A stretch of DNA of 62,584 nucleotides, the filler included, from Chiloscyllium plagiosum (Eukaryota), in NCBI RefSeq assembly GCF_004010195.1. It is 3 parts of one record of this genome, joined end to end, with 100 filler letters (N's around TTAATTAATTAA, not from the genome) between each part and the next. Parts side by side here need not be neighbours in the genome. Positions count along the whole stretch, not along the records: positions 1 to 23,828 come from NC_057714.1; positions 23,929 to 47,526 come from NC_057714.1; 1 more part is not named here. One strand, 5' to 3'. The notes beneath the pieces were generated by a model that made no database searches, was not told the origin of the DNA, and was given only the letters and a program-made list of their open reading frames with translations. A program made the translations under genes and the position numbers. This document shows, in pieces, positions 12,931 through 25,134 of this stretch (position 1 is the stretch's first letter; each line of letters begins with the position of its first letter).

Positions 12931-15857
12931 TTTAATCACTTTAACATTGAATTAACACAGTTAGGTACAGCCTATCATCAGCGTTTAAGGAACAGACCTG
13001 TAGCAGAGGTGATAGAAAGATCTGGGCCAGTAACTAAAAGGTTTTTCTGAATCAAGTGATTTGGGCTGACACATAAAATGGAAAGCTCAATTTTGATTCA
13101 GGTGGATTGTATTTCTAACCCTTCCTTTACAGAATTCTGAGTGAGTTAGAGGAAGATACTTGACCATTTGCCTCAAAGAATGACTTATAGTCAATATATG
13201 CTGATTATCCATTGGTGAATGTCAGTGGAGGCTACCTCTTAAAAGATTCTTGATATGCTGCTCACATTATAGCATTTATAACTAACTTCAGGTTGTGCCA
13301 CGCTGATGGTTTTCAATCTGTCTTGAGGATGCAATAAAATCTCAAATGTATACCTTGTGTGTTTGGTGTAAATTCTCATATATCTCAAGCAATACAAAAT
13401 CATCAATGGGTCCAGGAGCAGGGTCTTACCATCTCTTGTGATTATTTAGTTTCTTTCAAGATGTAAGGATTGACATGTTAAGAGAGTAGACTTTCATTTA
13501 TGTTTACCTCTGCCAAATGTTTGCTCCAAGTCCTGATGTTTAACTATCACAAATCTTCCTTCAGATTTGATATAAGGCTACCGGTATTTTTAGCATACTA
13601 GGAATAGCATTAACTCTCTCCAAACCTACTGACCGCAAGTCTAATATAGTCCATTTCTCACCCTGTCTACAAAGATTTTATTGTTCTCAATGATGGACAT
13701 GGGGCAGCATGAAGCTGTAAGGAAAATCATCCACAAGCTTTAGAAGCATGGACTAGTCATTGTCAGAAGCTGGTATGACACACTACCAATGTGTTAGACC
13801 TTCAAAGAAAAGGTGAGAGAATACATAAATCACAAATATCCTCTAAGAAAACCAAAAATGGTGCTGGAGATTAGTCCCTTAAGCACACAAGCACATAAGA
13901 TACTTGTTGAGAAAGTGGGGGACAATGTTGAATAACAGTATTATAATGTTTATGGTCAAATGTTAATGGCAAAAAAATGTGCCATGTAGAATGACTTGAG
14001 GGAGCATGCAGATTAAAGGGAAATATACCTTCCTGCTGTTTATAATTACTGAGCACGTGCAAAAGGAACTAAGTGTTACAGTTCATATGGAATAAAAGCC
14101 TGAGTCTGTTGGCCTCCAGATAAGATGTTTTCTCTCACATCCTCCATGTGTCGTTATGCTCCATAAAGCTTTTTGTTGTTCACTCATGAGAGAGTAGCTC
14201 ATGCTGGGTTGCTTACTGAAAAGAAGATAGCCCATCACCTCCAATAAAATCTCCAATGCAGTATGAGAAAAAATAACACCCTTGCAATTTCTGCCCTGAC
14301 TACCATTGTTTGAAACCATCAGCCACAATAACCTTCAATAGACGTATACCATTTGAAAGGGGGACGAAACACAGTTAAATACAAGTTTAATAAATCTTAG
14401 GGGCAAGTAATGCACCTTCGGAAAAATGATTGAATCAATCTGCACCAAGTGACAATTTATTCACATTTTCAAGTCACTGATGGCCATTTTAAGACAAGTT
14501 CAGACTTGATCATTAATATCATTGAATGAATAAATGCTAACAGGACAAGAAAGAATTAACAAATGACTTCCCAATAAATACATGTTTCCTTTGGGGTATT
14601 AGGAACATTGTACATTCTAATTGATTATGACTTAAAGTAGATATGTTAGATTAATCATAGTGAAATCATAAAGGAGATCATGTACTTTCCCTATTTTGAA
14701 TTGTATGATAAATCTAAACTTCATTTGGCACTGTAAGACTAATATAATTGTGCATTTAATTTGAACTCAAAAGATTTGCATAATTTAACAATTCTTCAAC
14801 TCTCATTTGAAAACTACAATACTTAAATCAAATTAATATTCTCTGAATGCTCATTCTGGCATTATCTTAAACACTTGTGGACGTAATTTCAGAAACATGG
14901 GAAAAATCAAACAGTACTTTAACTTTTTAATGGGATATTTCTCTGCAGCATCATCACATTTTTGAAATAATTTCATGGTGAATTTCACATTATTGCTTGT
15001 GCTTCATGTCTTGAATTGATGATTCAGTGGACTGGAAGCAACTTTGATATTGCAGTTAGCTGAGACGTCTGGAGAGAATAGAAAATGATCATCAGAGACA
15101 GGGATGTGCATGTAAAACTTCATACTGGTGATATGCAATGAGAATGGTGCTTACGATTGCAAAATTATTGCTATCGCATGCACATAAGAAGCATTTGAGG
15201 GAAAAATAATGGTCTTGTGTTGACTCCCTGGATACAACCTTGAAGTTGCAGGTGTAACTGCATCCAGTTTGCTGATGTAAAACAATATGCAGATAACATT
15301 CCAATACGACTGGAATACATCCAAATGCAAAATCAGCATAAATAACACATATCAACGTACTGGCACACAAGGTAAACAACTGACGCCCAAGAAAATCACA
15401 CCAGTGCGCATCTTCTTAGAGTCACATGATTTGGAATTTTTACCTAATTTAATAAAGCTATCAGATGCAAATGAATACCATTTTGGCTTAGGAAGTTGAC
15501 CCTGCAGAGAAGATGTGCAACAATTCTTATCACAAAATGCTCCTTTGAAGAATGCCAGAAAAGTTTCTGCTGAATTAATAAGCAATAAAGGTAATCACCG
15601 ATCTTTATTTAACCATGTAGAAGTACGAATATAATTCACACTTTCATAAACAAATACATGGTAATATTCTCAGTAAACCTTCTTTGACTCTGTGGGATCA
15701 CAAATTCAGTAGAGACCTATCTGGAAAATTGTGAGGGCACTCTATGTGCTTTTTAATCGATTGAGATCCTTAGATGGAAAATCGTGAACAGTGCACCTGG
15801 AAATTTCTCGCAAGCTGCCTTCTGCAAATTCGGACCCCATGAAATCATGCATTCTTA

Positions 15858-15983
15858 GAAAACAAAACCAGAAGTTGCTGGAGAAACTAAGCAGGACTGG
15901 CAGCATCGATGGGAAGAAAGCAGAGGTAATATTTCGGGTCCAGTGACCCTTCTTCAGAACAGCTTAGGGTTAGGGTTCTGAAC
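15858..15983 (-). mobile_element. PLE terminal fragment (family 3) with hammerhead-like core and (TTAGGG)2 junction
   Basis: Minus strand reads CTGAAGA-A-GGGTC-ACTG-GACCC-GAAA; TTAGGGTTAGGGTT at 15964-15977. Confidence 0.7.
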
Positions 15984-16099
15984 ATAACGCATCACACACC
16001 TCCATAACAGATATATGAGCACTGACACGTTTCAATTCCAACCCACATATTTCAAGTTAACAGTGGAGTAGCAGAACTCAGGCTACTGAGCCCAGGGTT

Positions 16100-16892
16100 C
16101 TTCACTTCTTTCTGCTTTTCTTTAATTTTTTTTCTTTGGTTTCTTTTTTCATTTCTTTAAAGGCTGTTCTTTTGTCTTTTTGCCTTGGTTGCAGTAGCAT
16201 TGACGAGAGCGGGCCCTGCACAGAATGGCAGATGAAGATGGCAGCGTGGGCCATTGGGAGCGGCAAGGCTGAGTAAATGACGAAGTAGAAAGCGTCCAGT
16301 GGCAGCAATGCCAGGGTGAGGTGAGCATGGCTCCACCCCAGTCCAAGGTCGCCCAGCAAGGAAGGAGCAGGCCCGAGGCTTAATCCCCTGGTCCACAGGT
16401 TGAGCCAAAGCTCCAGCACCACAGATAGGCTCAGGTGCCTGACACGGAGGCAGTGACGGCGTCGAGTTTGGTCCCAGTGCAAGACTCGGCCACACCGGCA
16501 GCAGCTGTTTCGGCAAGGTCGGCCCACCAAGGCAGCAGCGGCAACATCAGTGGAGGCAAGATGGTGCTGGAGACACTAGCAACTCTTTGTTCTCGCAGCA
16601 GCGACATAGTGAAGCTGGGTTTCAGCAGTGTCATCGGTTTGGCAGCAGAGACGGCAAGCATCGGGGCGGAGGAGCCTGAATCGAGACCCATGGCTGAGCT
16701 AGAAGCAGGAGCTGTTACAAAGACTGATTAACTTTATTGAGATAACGATAAGACTATCCGATGAATTTTATTGTTTTATTTTTCTCACTTTATATTCTGT
16801 GTTTTAAGATGTCGCCGGAGACCGGCAACATTAAACGACACATTTTATTGTATTTGTAACAAATACATGAGACAATAAATCAAATTAAATCA
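16100..16892 (+). repeat. Unclassified GC/CpG-rich retroposon-like insertion
   Basis: GC-rich body in an AT-rich background, ending in a LINE-like tail GAGACAATAAATCAAATTAAATCA. Confidence 0.4.
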
Positions 16893-17169
16893 CCCAGGAA
16901 AGGCAGCTATGCATATCAGAATATGTTGGCAAGTACTTACTGTTCAGGTTGAGAGGAATGCAGTTCAAAGCCACAGTGCAGCCTATGGGAACCTGCATTA
17001 TCCTGTGTTTGGTCGCCTGCAGGTGTCAATTTTAAGGTCACCGGTGATTATTTCTGCTTCACAGTATAACTATCTTCAATCTGCAATGACTAAATGATAC
17101 AATCAAGCTTGTTTGTGACCAGCATTTCCATGCCATATAAATGGAAGCATTCTGAAACAATCTATTTGG

Positions 17170-17495
17170 GCACGCTATGAGACATTTCTGACACAGGTGG
17201 GACTTGAACCCGGACATTCCAGCCCGGAGGCAGGGACATTACCACTATGCTATAAGAGCCCTAAAGTCAGGAATGCAGACAAATGGAGGCACAGGTTTTG
17301 GAATCTATGTGGAATGTTCACAACAGATTTTGTAAACATTGCTTTAATTAATCAAACACAAATGTGGTACCCCGCGCAGATATTTTCTAAACAACCTGCC
17401 CAGATATATTACTACACACCTCTGGAGTGGGTAGAATTTGAGGCAAGGCCTCCATTTCAGAGGTAAGGGTGCTACCACTCCACCACAAGAGCCCA
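17170..17495 (-). mobile_element. Two short tRNA-derived SINE heads (17170-17262, 17400-17495)
   Basis: Minus strand GGGCTCTT(A/G)TGGT..AGTGGTA..GGGTTCAAGTCCC; a related copy lies at 37462-37558. Confidence 0.55.
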
Positions 17496-17514
17496 TTTTG
17501 TTCCCCATACACAT

Positions 17515-18010
17515 TTTTTTATTCACCCGTGGGGCTAGGGCATCATTGTCTGGCCAGCATTTGTTGCCCTCAAGAAGGTGGTGCTGAGTTGCATTCTCAA
17601 ACCGCTGCAGCTCACATTATAGGTTGACCCTTGGAGAAGGACTAGGTCAATGCCAGGTGGTCTGCCCAGTTCCATTTCTTTCTTGAGATTTTGTAGTCAG
17701 ATATAATTAACTTTCTTGCTAGGTTATTTCAGAAGGCAGCTGACAGGCAACCACATTGCTGTGAATGTGGAGTCACATATAGGCCAGACCAGGTGAGGAT
17801 AGCAGATTTCCATCCCAGAAGACATTAGTGAGCCAAAAGGGGTTTCTTTTCCAACAGTCAACAATGGTTTCAGGGCCACCAGTCGATTCTTAAATCTAGA
17901 TCTTATGTTTTTGCATTCAAATTCCACCATCTGCCATGGCGAGCCCAGGTCCCCAGAACATTAGCTAAGTTTCTGGATTACTAGTCTAGCGATAATACCA
18001 TTAGGTCCCA
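17515..18010 (-). mobile_element. tRNA-headed SINE-like deletion derivative of the LINE at 30279-33385
   Basis: Head, GGTCTGGCCTATATGTGACTCCA core and the LINE 3' tail (CACCACCTTCTTGAGGGCAACAAATGCTGGCC). Confidence 0.7.
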
Positions 18011-18691
18011 TCACCCTACCAGTAGAACACTGTGTACACTTCACTTGTGTGATGCTATGATTACAGATAATTTTTGACCTGCATTGTGAAAGTACTTGAG
18101 TAATGTAGTTGCTCTTTGAAGAGCCTCACATTGTTCGAAAGTGGATTTGCAAGATCTAAAAGAACAAAAACTGACACTGCCCACCCCAGTGTGGTCACGG
18201 CCACTTGAAAGGCTGATGATTGACAATACTCCTGAGTGGTCACCTTGTAGCTTCTTGACTGCCTTACCAGGAATATTCTGACTGTTTGCACTGAGGCCGT
18301 AGGTCTAACCTTGGATCACTCCCCAGACTGTAGTGATATGCATCTCTGACCTTGACCATCCCAAGGCTTTGACTCAATGTGTTCAAACCTCTGGACTGAG
18401 ATTGGACAATGTCATGGCTTACTGTACAGGAACCCTTGACTGATAAAAGCAGACCCTCCCCTCACCACCCTGAGTTGTCTGAGAAATACTCCCCTCAGGT
18501 ATTGAGACATTTAGTTGATGTATATGTATCACATTTGCCATGTAGCCTGCTGGCACGTGGTACAAGTGTGAGATCGGCACAGCATAATGCAATGCAGCAA
18601 TATGTGTACTCACTCAACTGATCATAGCCTGAAGACAATGACAAGCTACCCATCTTTGTATCTGCACTAAGCAGCAATTCAAGTCATAGTA

Positions 18692-19053
18692 CAAGTAGAC
18701 AACCCTTTATCCGAAATCCTGAAATCCGAAAAGGTCTGAAATCTGAAGGCTTTTTCATGAAGTTTTTTTTTTCTCATTAGCGATGTTGTTTGGAGTGCAA
18801 ACAGTTAACCCAACTCCATACGCACTTGATGCGTGTCACTCAGATGCAACCATGTTGTGGGCGGAAGTGCGTGGCCCAGCACTGGCAGGCCTCAATTCTG
18901 TCTCAGGGCCTGTTTTACACACAGTACGTCTGCTGCTTGGTAAGATTTTTAAAACTTTCTCCAACAAACTGTCAGTTATTCTGAAATTCGAAAAATTCTA
19001 AATTCCGAAAACCGGCTGGTGCCATGCATTTCGGACAAAGGGTTGTGCACCTG
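18692..19053. mobile_element. Tc1/mariner (Tigger-like) MITE
   Basis: ~25-bp TIRs caagtagacaaccctttatccgaaa / rc caggtgcacaaccctttgtccgaaa; TA on the left, TG (decayed TA) on the right. Confidence 0.8.
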
Positions 19054-19714
19054 TGCTATGAGCCTATAAGCTCTGCTAGGACGGGGGCAATGGGGACTGT
19101 GGGGCAGTGGTGATGGTGGTGTGAGAATGAAGTGCCAAGAGTAAAGGCAAGGGAAGGTTGTTGTGCACGTCGAAGTAGGCGCAAAGTGAATGAGCGCTAA
19201 GAGAGAAAGTGAGCAGCCCTGAGATGTAGCCTTCTCTACAGAATGAGATGGGAGCCTGTCACTGTGCGCAAAGTGTCCTTGCAGCAGCATTACAAACAGA
19301 GATACTTGCATGCTCTAAAGTGCAGCATTGAGATATAGAACTGCAATGTAAGTGATTTAGAGATGTGTCAAGATGGGACAGGGAAACTGGCATTTGTAGA
19401 CATGGGGTGTGTGTGGCCTCTACCCATATAGGCTGTCCTGAGATGCTGGAGCTGAGTGTTCAAGATGGAGGTCTAGCTGAACAAGCAGTGACCTTCAGTC
19501 ACCAGGTACCAATCAGCCTTTCATTTGGGAATTGTCACTGTCTAGTTTCTGTCTGGCAGATGGGAGAATGGGGAACAGCATATTAATGAGGCAAGATTAG
19601 AAAAGAATGAGATGTTAATACATGCTAATACATGCAAACAGGCCTCTTGCCGCTCACTAGGGAGAATCCCATATCACTATTTAATACTTGGATGGAAGAT
19701 AGGATTTTTTTTTT

Positions 19715-20022
19715 TAGATTAGATTAGATTAGATTACTTACAGTGTGGAAACAGGCCCTTCGGCCCAACAAGTCCACACCGACCCGCCGAAGCGCAACCC
19801 ATCCATACCCCTACCTTTACCCCTTTAACCTAACGCTACGGGCAATTTAGCATGGCCAATTCACCTGACCCGCACATCTTTGGACTGTGGGAGGAAACCG
19901 GAGCACCCGGAGGAAACCCACGCAGACACGGGGAGAATGTGCAAACTCCACACAGTTAGTCGCCTGAGTCGGGAATTGAACCCGGGTCTACAGGCGCTGT
20001 GAGGCAGCAGTGCTAACCACTG
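19715..20022 (-). mobile_element. HE1/V-SINE
   Basis: Nearly identical to 4175-4491. Confidence 0.9.
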
Positions 20023-20089
20023 GGCCTTTTTTTGTACCTGACATTGAAAAGCTCCTCGCTGTTTATTGCAAATGATTTTCCCAAATTTC

Positions 20090-20610
20090 TCGCCATTGCT
20101 CACATCATTCAGAGATTGGGAAGATTCAACTCCTCATATTTTGACCCTGATTTCTACAACTTCTGCACTCAACATTGAACTCAGCAACTTTGGATGATAC
20201 CCTCCTGCTGACATTTGTCTCTGTAATTTGTCTCTGTAATTCTTCCCCCTTTTCTCTTCCTCTTTGTTTTGCTAGGTTGATCTTTTTACCATTTTATTTG
20301 GACAGAGTTAACACAGCACGTCATGCCTCATTTGAACTCAACTATTTTCATTACATTCCATTGCCACACACTTTGGCTGTTGCATCACATGATCATTTAC
20401 TACTTAATCTCCCTCGTCCTCCACCTTATCACAGTTCTCCAATGGATTTTCCGTCTCCAAACCTCTCACCTTCCACAGGCTTAAGAACACTTAAATCTCT
20501 ATTTCTCTTCAGTTCTAATAAAATGGTATCAACCTGAAACATTAACTCTGTTTCTCGTTACAGATATAGCATGACCTGCTGAGTTCTTCCAACTTTTATT
20601 GTTCTTATCT
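20090..20610 (+). mobile_element. Old PLE 3' fragment
   Basis: Pyrimidine-rich UTR ending in a decayed hammerhead (..GAAACATTAACT) and the ACCTGCTGAG terminus. Confidence 0.5.
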
Positions 20611-20985
20611 GTGTTTAGTACCTTTTGGTAATGGTAATTTCCAAGTTCCCCTGTGTGCCCACATTGTACTATTGGCATGTGTCATGGTAGGTATGTTGAT
20701 GAAACACTGATAGCTTTTGTTACTGAGCTGATTGTGAACTTTACAAAGAGGACAGTGCTGTAGAGCAGCAGTGGGAAGTCCTGCCTCACACTGTTACATC
20801 AGAGCAAAGAACCTGATGGAATCTTAGAGCTCTTGTATCTAACAGCTCACACAGCGATTTATAGGGAAGAGATATGGAGAAACTCTAAAACTGTAATGCT
20901 ATAATTATTGGGTGAATAATTTTAAATGTTGTATTGGCTTGATACCAATCTACCTTGCCTACAATATTGCACAATAAACATCCTG

Positions 20986-21218
20986 GGTTTAAAAATGTGT
21001 TGCTGAAAAAATGCAGCAGGCCAGGCAGCATCCAAGGAGCAGGAGAATCGACGTTTCAGGCATAAGCCCTTCTTCAGGAACATTCCTGAAGAAGGGCTTA
21101 TGCCTGAAACGTCGATTCGTCGATTTTCCTGCTCCTTTGATGCTGCCTGACCTGCTGCGCTTTTCCAGCAACACATTTTAAGCTCTGATCTCCAGCATCT
21201 GCAGTCCTCACTTTCTCC
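20986..21218. mobile_element. Palindromic PLE mini-element with hammerhead cores on both strands
   Basis: Head-to-head arms; 15-bp TSD acaataaacatcctg at 20971-20985 and 21219-21233. Confidence 0.9.
21086..21117 (+). ncRNA. Minimal hammerhead ribozyme motif (antisense twin at 21050-21077)
   Basis: CTGAAGA-A-GGGC-TTAT-GCCT-GAAAC-GTC. Confidence 0.7.
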
Positions 21219-22373
21219 ACAATAAACATCCTGCCCTATATGTTAGGGTGGCAAAAAAATTGATGACCTGAACCACAGGCTTAGAGGAGAGTTAAAAATC
21301 CAACCGATCTCATTATTATTGACCCTTTGTCAGCTCAAAAGGCCACCTGATCTCATAAAATAAATTAGGTAGCTACAGAATCCCAGCAGGTTTTATAATT
21401 TATATCATGTCAATGCATCATGAATGTTACTGCCTGGCTCAGCTCTTCCTGTGGTATTCAGCAAATGCATACGAGACTGTGAATTAGTGAGAACCATTAT
21501 GGAAACGATCATAAATCATCCAACACTTAAAATGTTTGCACCTAATCCAAGCTATCTGCATTCCTGCATGTAAAGTGAGCAATTTTTGGAAAATACTATC
21601 CTGACCTCCAAAACCATGTTTCAGTTACGTACAGCCCGTGGATTGACATTTTCCTACGTTATATTGCTGCTTTTAGGATGATATAGCAAGTTACATGCAG
21701 CCTCATGTTATAGTCAGAATCCAGAAAGAGACAAATATGTCTACTAACTAGTATGCGTAACTCTTTCAAGATCGTGCAATGTGAGCTAATATGTAACTAG
21801 GATGCACAAATCTAAGTCTGTGATTATTAGAAAGTGCTTCAGGGAATTATATGATTGCCATTTCCAGTTAGGATTAACTCATGAAAACAATACTGTTTAC
21901 ATAGAGAAGGTCATGCAGTGTGACTGCAGTGTTGACTGAGTTGTGGTTGGCACCATGTATTAATGATTTTTACCGTAGGTTGGATGAATGGATTTTTCAC
22001 ATTTCCGCGACCAGAAATGTTGAATCATATGTGTTGGAAGCTTGAGCCGTTGTCTGACAGCGTGGGGTTGCAACAAAGGATAGCACCAATGATGCACTAT
22101 GGTCTGAAAATGTACTCACTAACCTTAACGCTGTTAGCATCAACAATGTGGACAGCTCATGTTATATCGCTAGATTAGGCATAAAGAGCTGTGAGCCAAC
22201 TGTTATAGGATTATAAATCTTAAAGTGACACTTTCTCTGTCTCACTCCAGTCATGTGCTAAGTAGCAATGTATCGGGCCTATCAACTAGATGAAGAGCAG
22301 AAAGAAATACTCGATGTAGTTTGATCATCCCCAACCTTCTAAGAAGCGGCAGTCATCACTGGATTACCCCACT

Positions 22374-22470
22374 GATTTTCCTGTTCCTCGGATGCTGCCT
22401 GACCTGCTGCGCTTTTCCAGCAACACACTCCTAACTTTGATCTCCAGCATCTGCAGACCTCACTGTCTCC
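22374..22470 (+). mobile_element. PLE mini-element starting at the predicted ribozyme cleavage site
   Basis: TSD atcactggatt at 22355-22365 and 22472-22482, extending imperfectly to ccact. Confidence 0.8.
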
Positions 22471-23299
22471 AATCACTGGATTCCCACTCCATTCAAACCT
22501 TCCCCTGCCTCGACGCTGCTCCACATTTCTTGTGGGGTTTCTGAGTCTTGCTTCAGTGGAAATGCAGAGGTCAACATCCATGAACAAATTCTGGGGCATC
22601 CCTGGAGAGTCAAAGCGAGTGGGAAAAGGGCACTCCCTGTTTATGTAACACTGGCTGTGTTCAGGTAATTTTCAAGGTCCAGTGTGAATGTTAAGAAATA
22701 AATGAGTAGATGAATAAGTCAAAGGGTAGAGTGGAAGCGTGTGTGCATACTAGAGTAGGATGGGTGAGGTGGCAAGTCGATGAAATGGGAAGTGGGCAGA
22801 GAGGTGGGTGGATAAGATGGCAGGTGGGTGAAGTGGGAGATGGATCTGGAGACTACTTGGGGACAGTCAGAGGAGCCTGAGGAAGATTAAAGGGAGGTTC
22901 ATGAGGGGATATTCTGTTGGTCAGCATGAGTGATTTGGGTGGCAGTTCTAGGGTTACATAGGTGTTAGATTAGTGTTTATTCTGGTGAAGAAAATTCCTG
23001 GGTAAAAGTTCAGGTAAGTCCTGCGAGTTGACTAGCTCAGAATTGGAATTCTTTGTGGAGGGTCCCAGGGAGCAGCGGAATTGCCCATTGGAAGTTAAAA
23101 ATTATCTGACCTTTACCATGTTTGTCAGCACATCACGACCTCCGCAGGGTAACAATGCACCTCTCTGGTCATACACCCAGCCCCTGACAATTTACGGAGT
23201 AGAAGATTCACACCAAAATCACCATACAGGAACTCTAAGACATAACACCTGCATTTTAATTAAGGTCAACTGTAAATATTTAAGGCACTGGTCCATAGG

Positions 23300-23828
23300 A
23301 AAGGTGCAGTCACCTTGTTGGGTGTTTACTATAGGCCCCCCAATAGCAGCAGAGATGTGGAGAAACAGATTGGGAAACAGATTTTGGAAAGGTGCAGAAG
23401 CCACAGGGTCGTAGTCATGGGCGACTTCAACTTCCCAAATATTGATTGGAAGCTCTTTAGATCAAGTAGATTGGATGGGGCGGTGTTTGTGCAGTGTGTA
23501 CAGGAAGCTTTTCTAACTCAGTATGTAGATTGCCCGACCAGAGGGGAAGCCATATTGGATTTGGTACTCGGTAATGAACCGGGACAAGTGGTGAGCTTGT
23601 TAGTGGGAGAACATTTTGATGATGGTGACCACAATTCTGTGACTTTCACCTTGGTTATGCAGAGAGATAGGTGCGCACAACAAGGTAGATTTTATAATTG
23701 GGGGAAGGGAAATTACGACGCTGTAAGGCAGGATTTGAGGAGCATACGTTGGGAGCATAGGCTGGCAGGGAAGGATGTGGTGGAAATGTGGAACTTCTTC
23801 AAAGAGCAGATACGACGTGTCCATGAAA
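23300..23828 (+). mobile_element. CR1 LINE APE endonuclease fragment (ends at a gap)
   Basis: ORF 23315: GVYYRPPN..VVVMGDFNFPNIDW..PTRGEAILDLVL..GDHN. Confidence 0.92.
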
Positions 23829-23928
23829 NNNNNNNNNNNNNNNNNNNNNNNNNNNNNNNNNNNNNNNNNNNNTTAATTAATTAANNNNNNNNNNNNNNNN
23901 NNNNNNNNNNNNNNNNNNNNNNNNNNNN
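23829..23928. other. Assembly linker N44-TTAATTAATTAA-N44
   Basis: Exactly 100 bp and symmetric; identical structure at 47527-47626. Confidence 0.95.
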
Positions 23929-24180
23929 CAGTTTTTGATGTTTGAGATGGAGTTGAAATACTGTTTGTTGAGAGTATGGATTCTCCTGAGGATGTAGTAC
24001 AGAGTGGGGCCTTTGCAATTCTGAGAGAGTGTGGCCCTCAGCTGAGGCAGGGCAGACTGTAGAGAGGTTAGGTGCCGGTGCATTGCTGCAAGCGTGGAGC
24101 GGAGGATCTTGAAGGAGAACTGTTGCTGGTGTTTTTGAATCTGTAGTCTGTCCTGTTTGTCCTGTTCGGGTCCGAACTCA
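23929..24180 (-). mobile_element. Probable PLE ORF 5' fragment
   Basis: Open frame FSFKILRSTLAAMHRHL..LSQNCKGPTLYYILRRI next to a gap; resembles a PLE N-terminal region. Confidence 0.45.
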
Positions 24181-24589
24181 TGACAGTAGGAGACAAAGCA
24201 ATGTTGACCCAGTCACCATTGTTAACTCCTGCCATTTAGCTCAGTGGGCTGGATGGCTGCTTTGTGATGAAGCGTGATGCTGCCACCAATTATGTCTCCT
24301 TAATGTGAGACTATGGCAATGTTACTGCATGAACACACAATGAGCACAGGTTTCAAGTTTACCTGGGTTTGCTGTTGTGACGGATTTTGCTGTATTAAGC
24401 AGTGAGAAGACTATAATTAAACAAGCTGGCACATGAACAAAGTCAGGCTGTGTCAAATTCAATATTATAACAGCCATATTTTCTTCAACATTCTCATCCA
24501 TAATAATACACCAAAACATATTAGGATGTCATTCAGAATTTAAAAGTAAGGTTCACTAGGAATGTTCTTAAACTGGCACAAAGATTTTT

Positions 24590-24750
24590 CTTCTTCTTCC
24601 ATGGGCAGTGAGCATTACTCCAGCATTTGGTGCCCATCCCTGATTCCCCTCAGATGAATGGTTCCTTGGCCATTTGGGAGGGCAATTAAGAGTCAACCAC
24701 ATTTCTAGGGGTCTGGACTCACATGTAGGCCAGACCAGGTAAGGACAGTA
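24590..24750 (-). mobile_element. Core plus tail of the tRNA-headed SINE/LINE family
   Basis: rc CCTTACCTGGTCTGGCCTACATGTGAGTCCAGACC..TCAGGGATGGGCACCAAATGCTGG. Confidence 0.7.
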
Positions 24751-24762
24751 AATTATCATGTC

Positions 24763-24981
24763 CAGTCTGTTCTGATATAATGTGATAATTCTGTTCCTGT
24801 GCAATTCTGCATTATAAGAAAATCACATAATAGCAGCACCATTTAAACCCGTGGGACAGGAATCACATTATATCTAATACAGACAAGGAAAGTTTATGTT
24901 CTACAAATAATGGTCTACATTCTTCAATCGCGTTATAGCCAATCCTTGTTGAAGAAAAGAATGTTATAGCAGAGCCAACTA
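24763..24981. mobile_element. Tigger-like MITE
   Basis: Decayed TIRs cagtctgttctgatataa / rc tagttggctctgctataa; TA on the right. Confidence 0.65.
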
Positions 24982-24987
24982 TAATAA

Positions 24988-25115
24988 TAAACAAGGAAAG
25001 TGCTGGAAAAACTCAGCAGGTCTGGCAGTATCTGTGGAGAGAGAAGCAAAGTTAACGTTTTGAGTCCAGAATGACTCTTCAGATTTCCAGCATTTGTAGT
25101 ATTTTGCTTTTATTT
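24988..25115 (-). mobile_element. PLE terminal fragment (family 3)
   Basis: Minus strand GAGTC-ATTCTG-GACTC-AAAACGTTAAC hammerhead relic. Confidence 0.6.
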
Positions 25116-25134
25116 GTGTGTTTATCGTTTAATC

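Noticed and set aside
23829..23928. TTAATTAATTAA palindrome inside N runs (also at 47527-47626)
   Set aside because: It is a symmetric 100-bp synthetic scaffolding linker with stops in all frames. It is not biological, and adjacency across it is uncertain.
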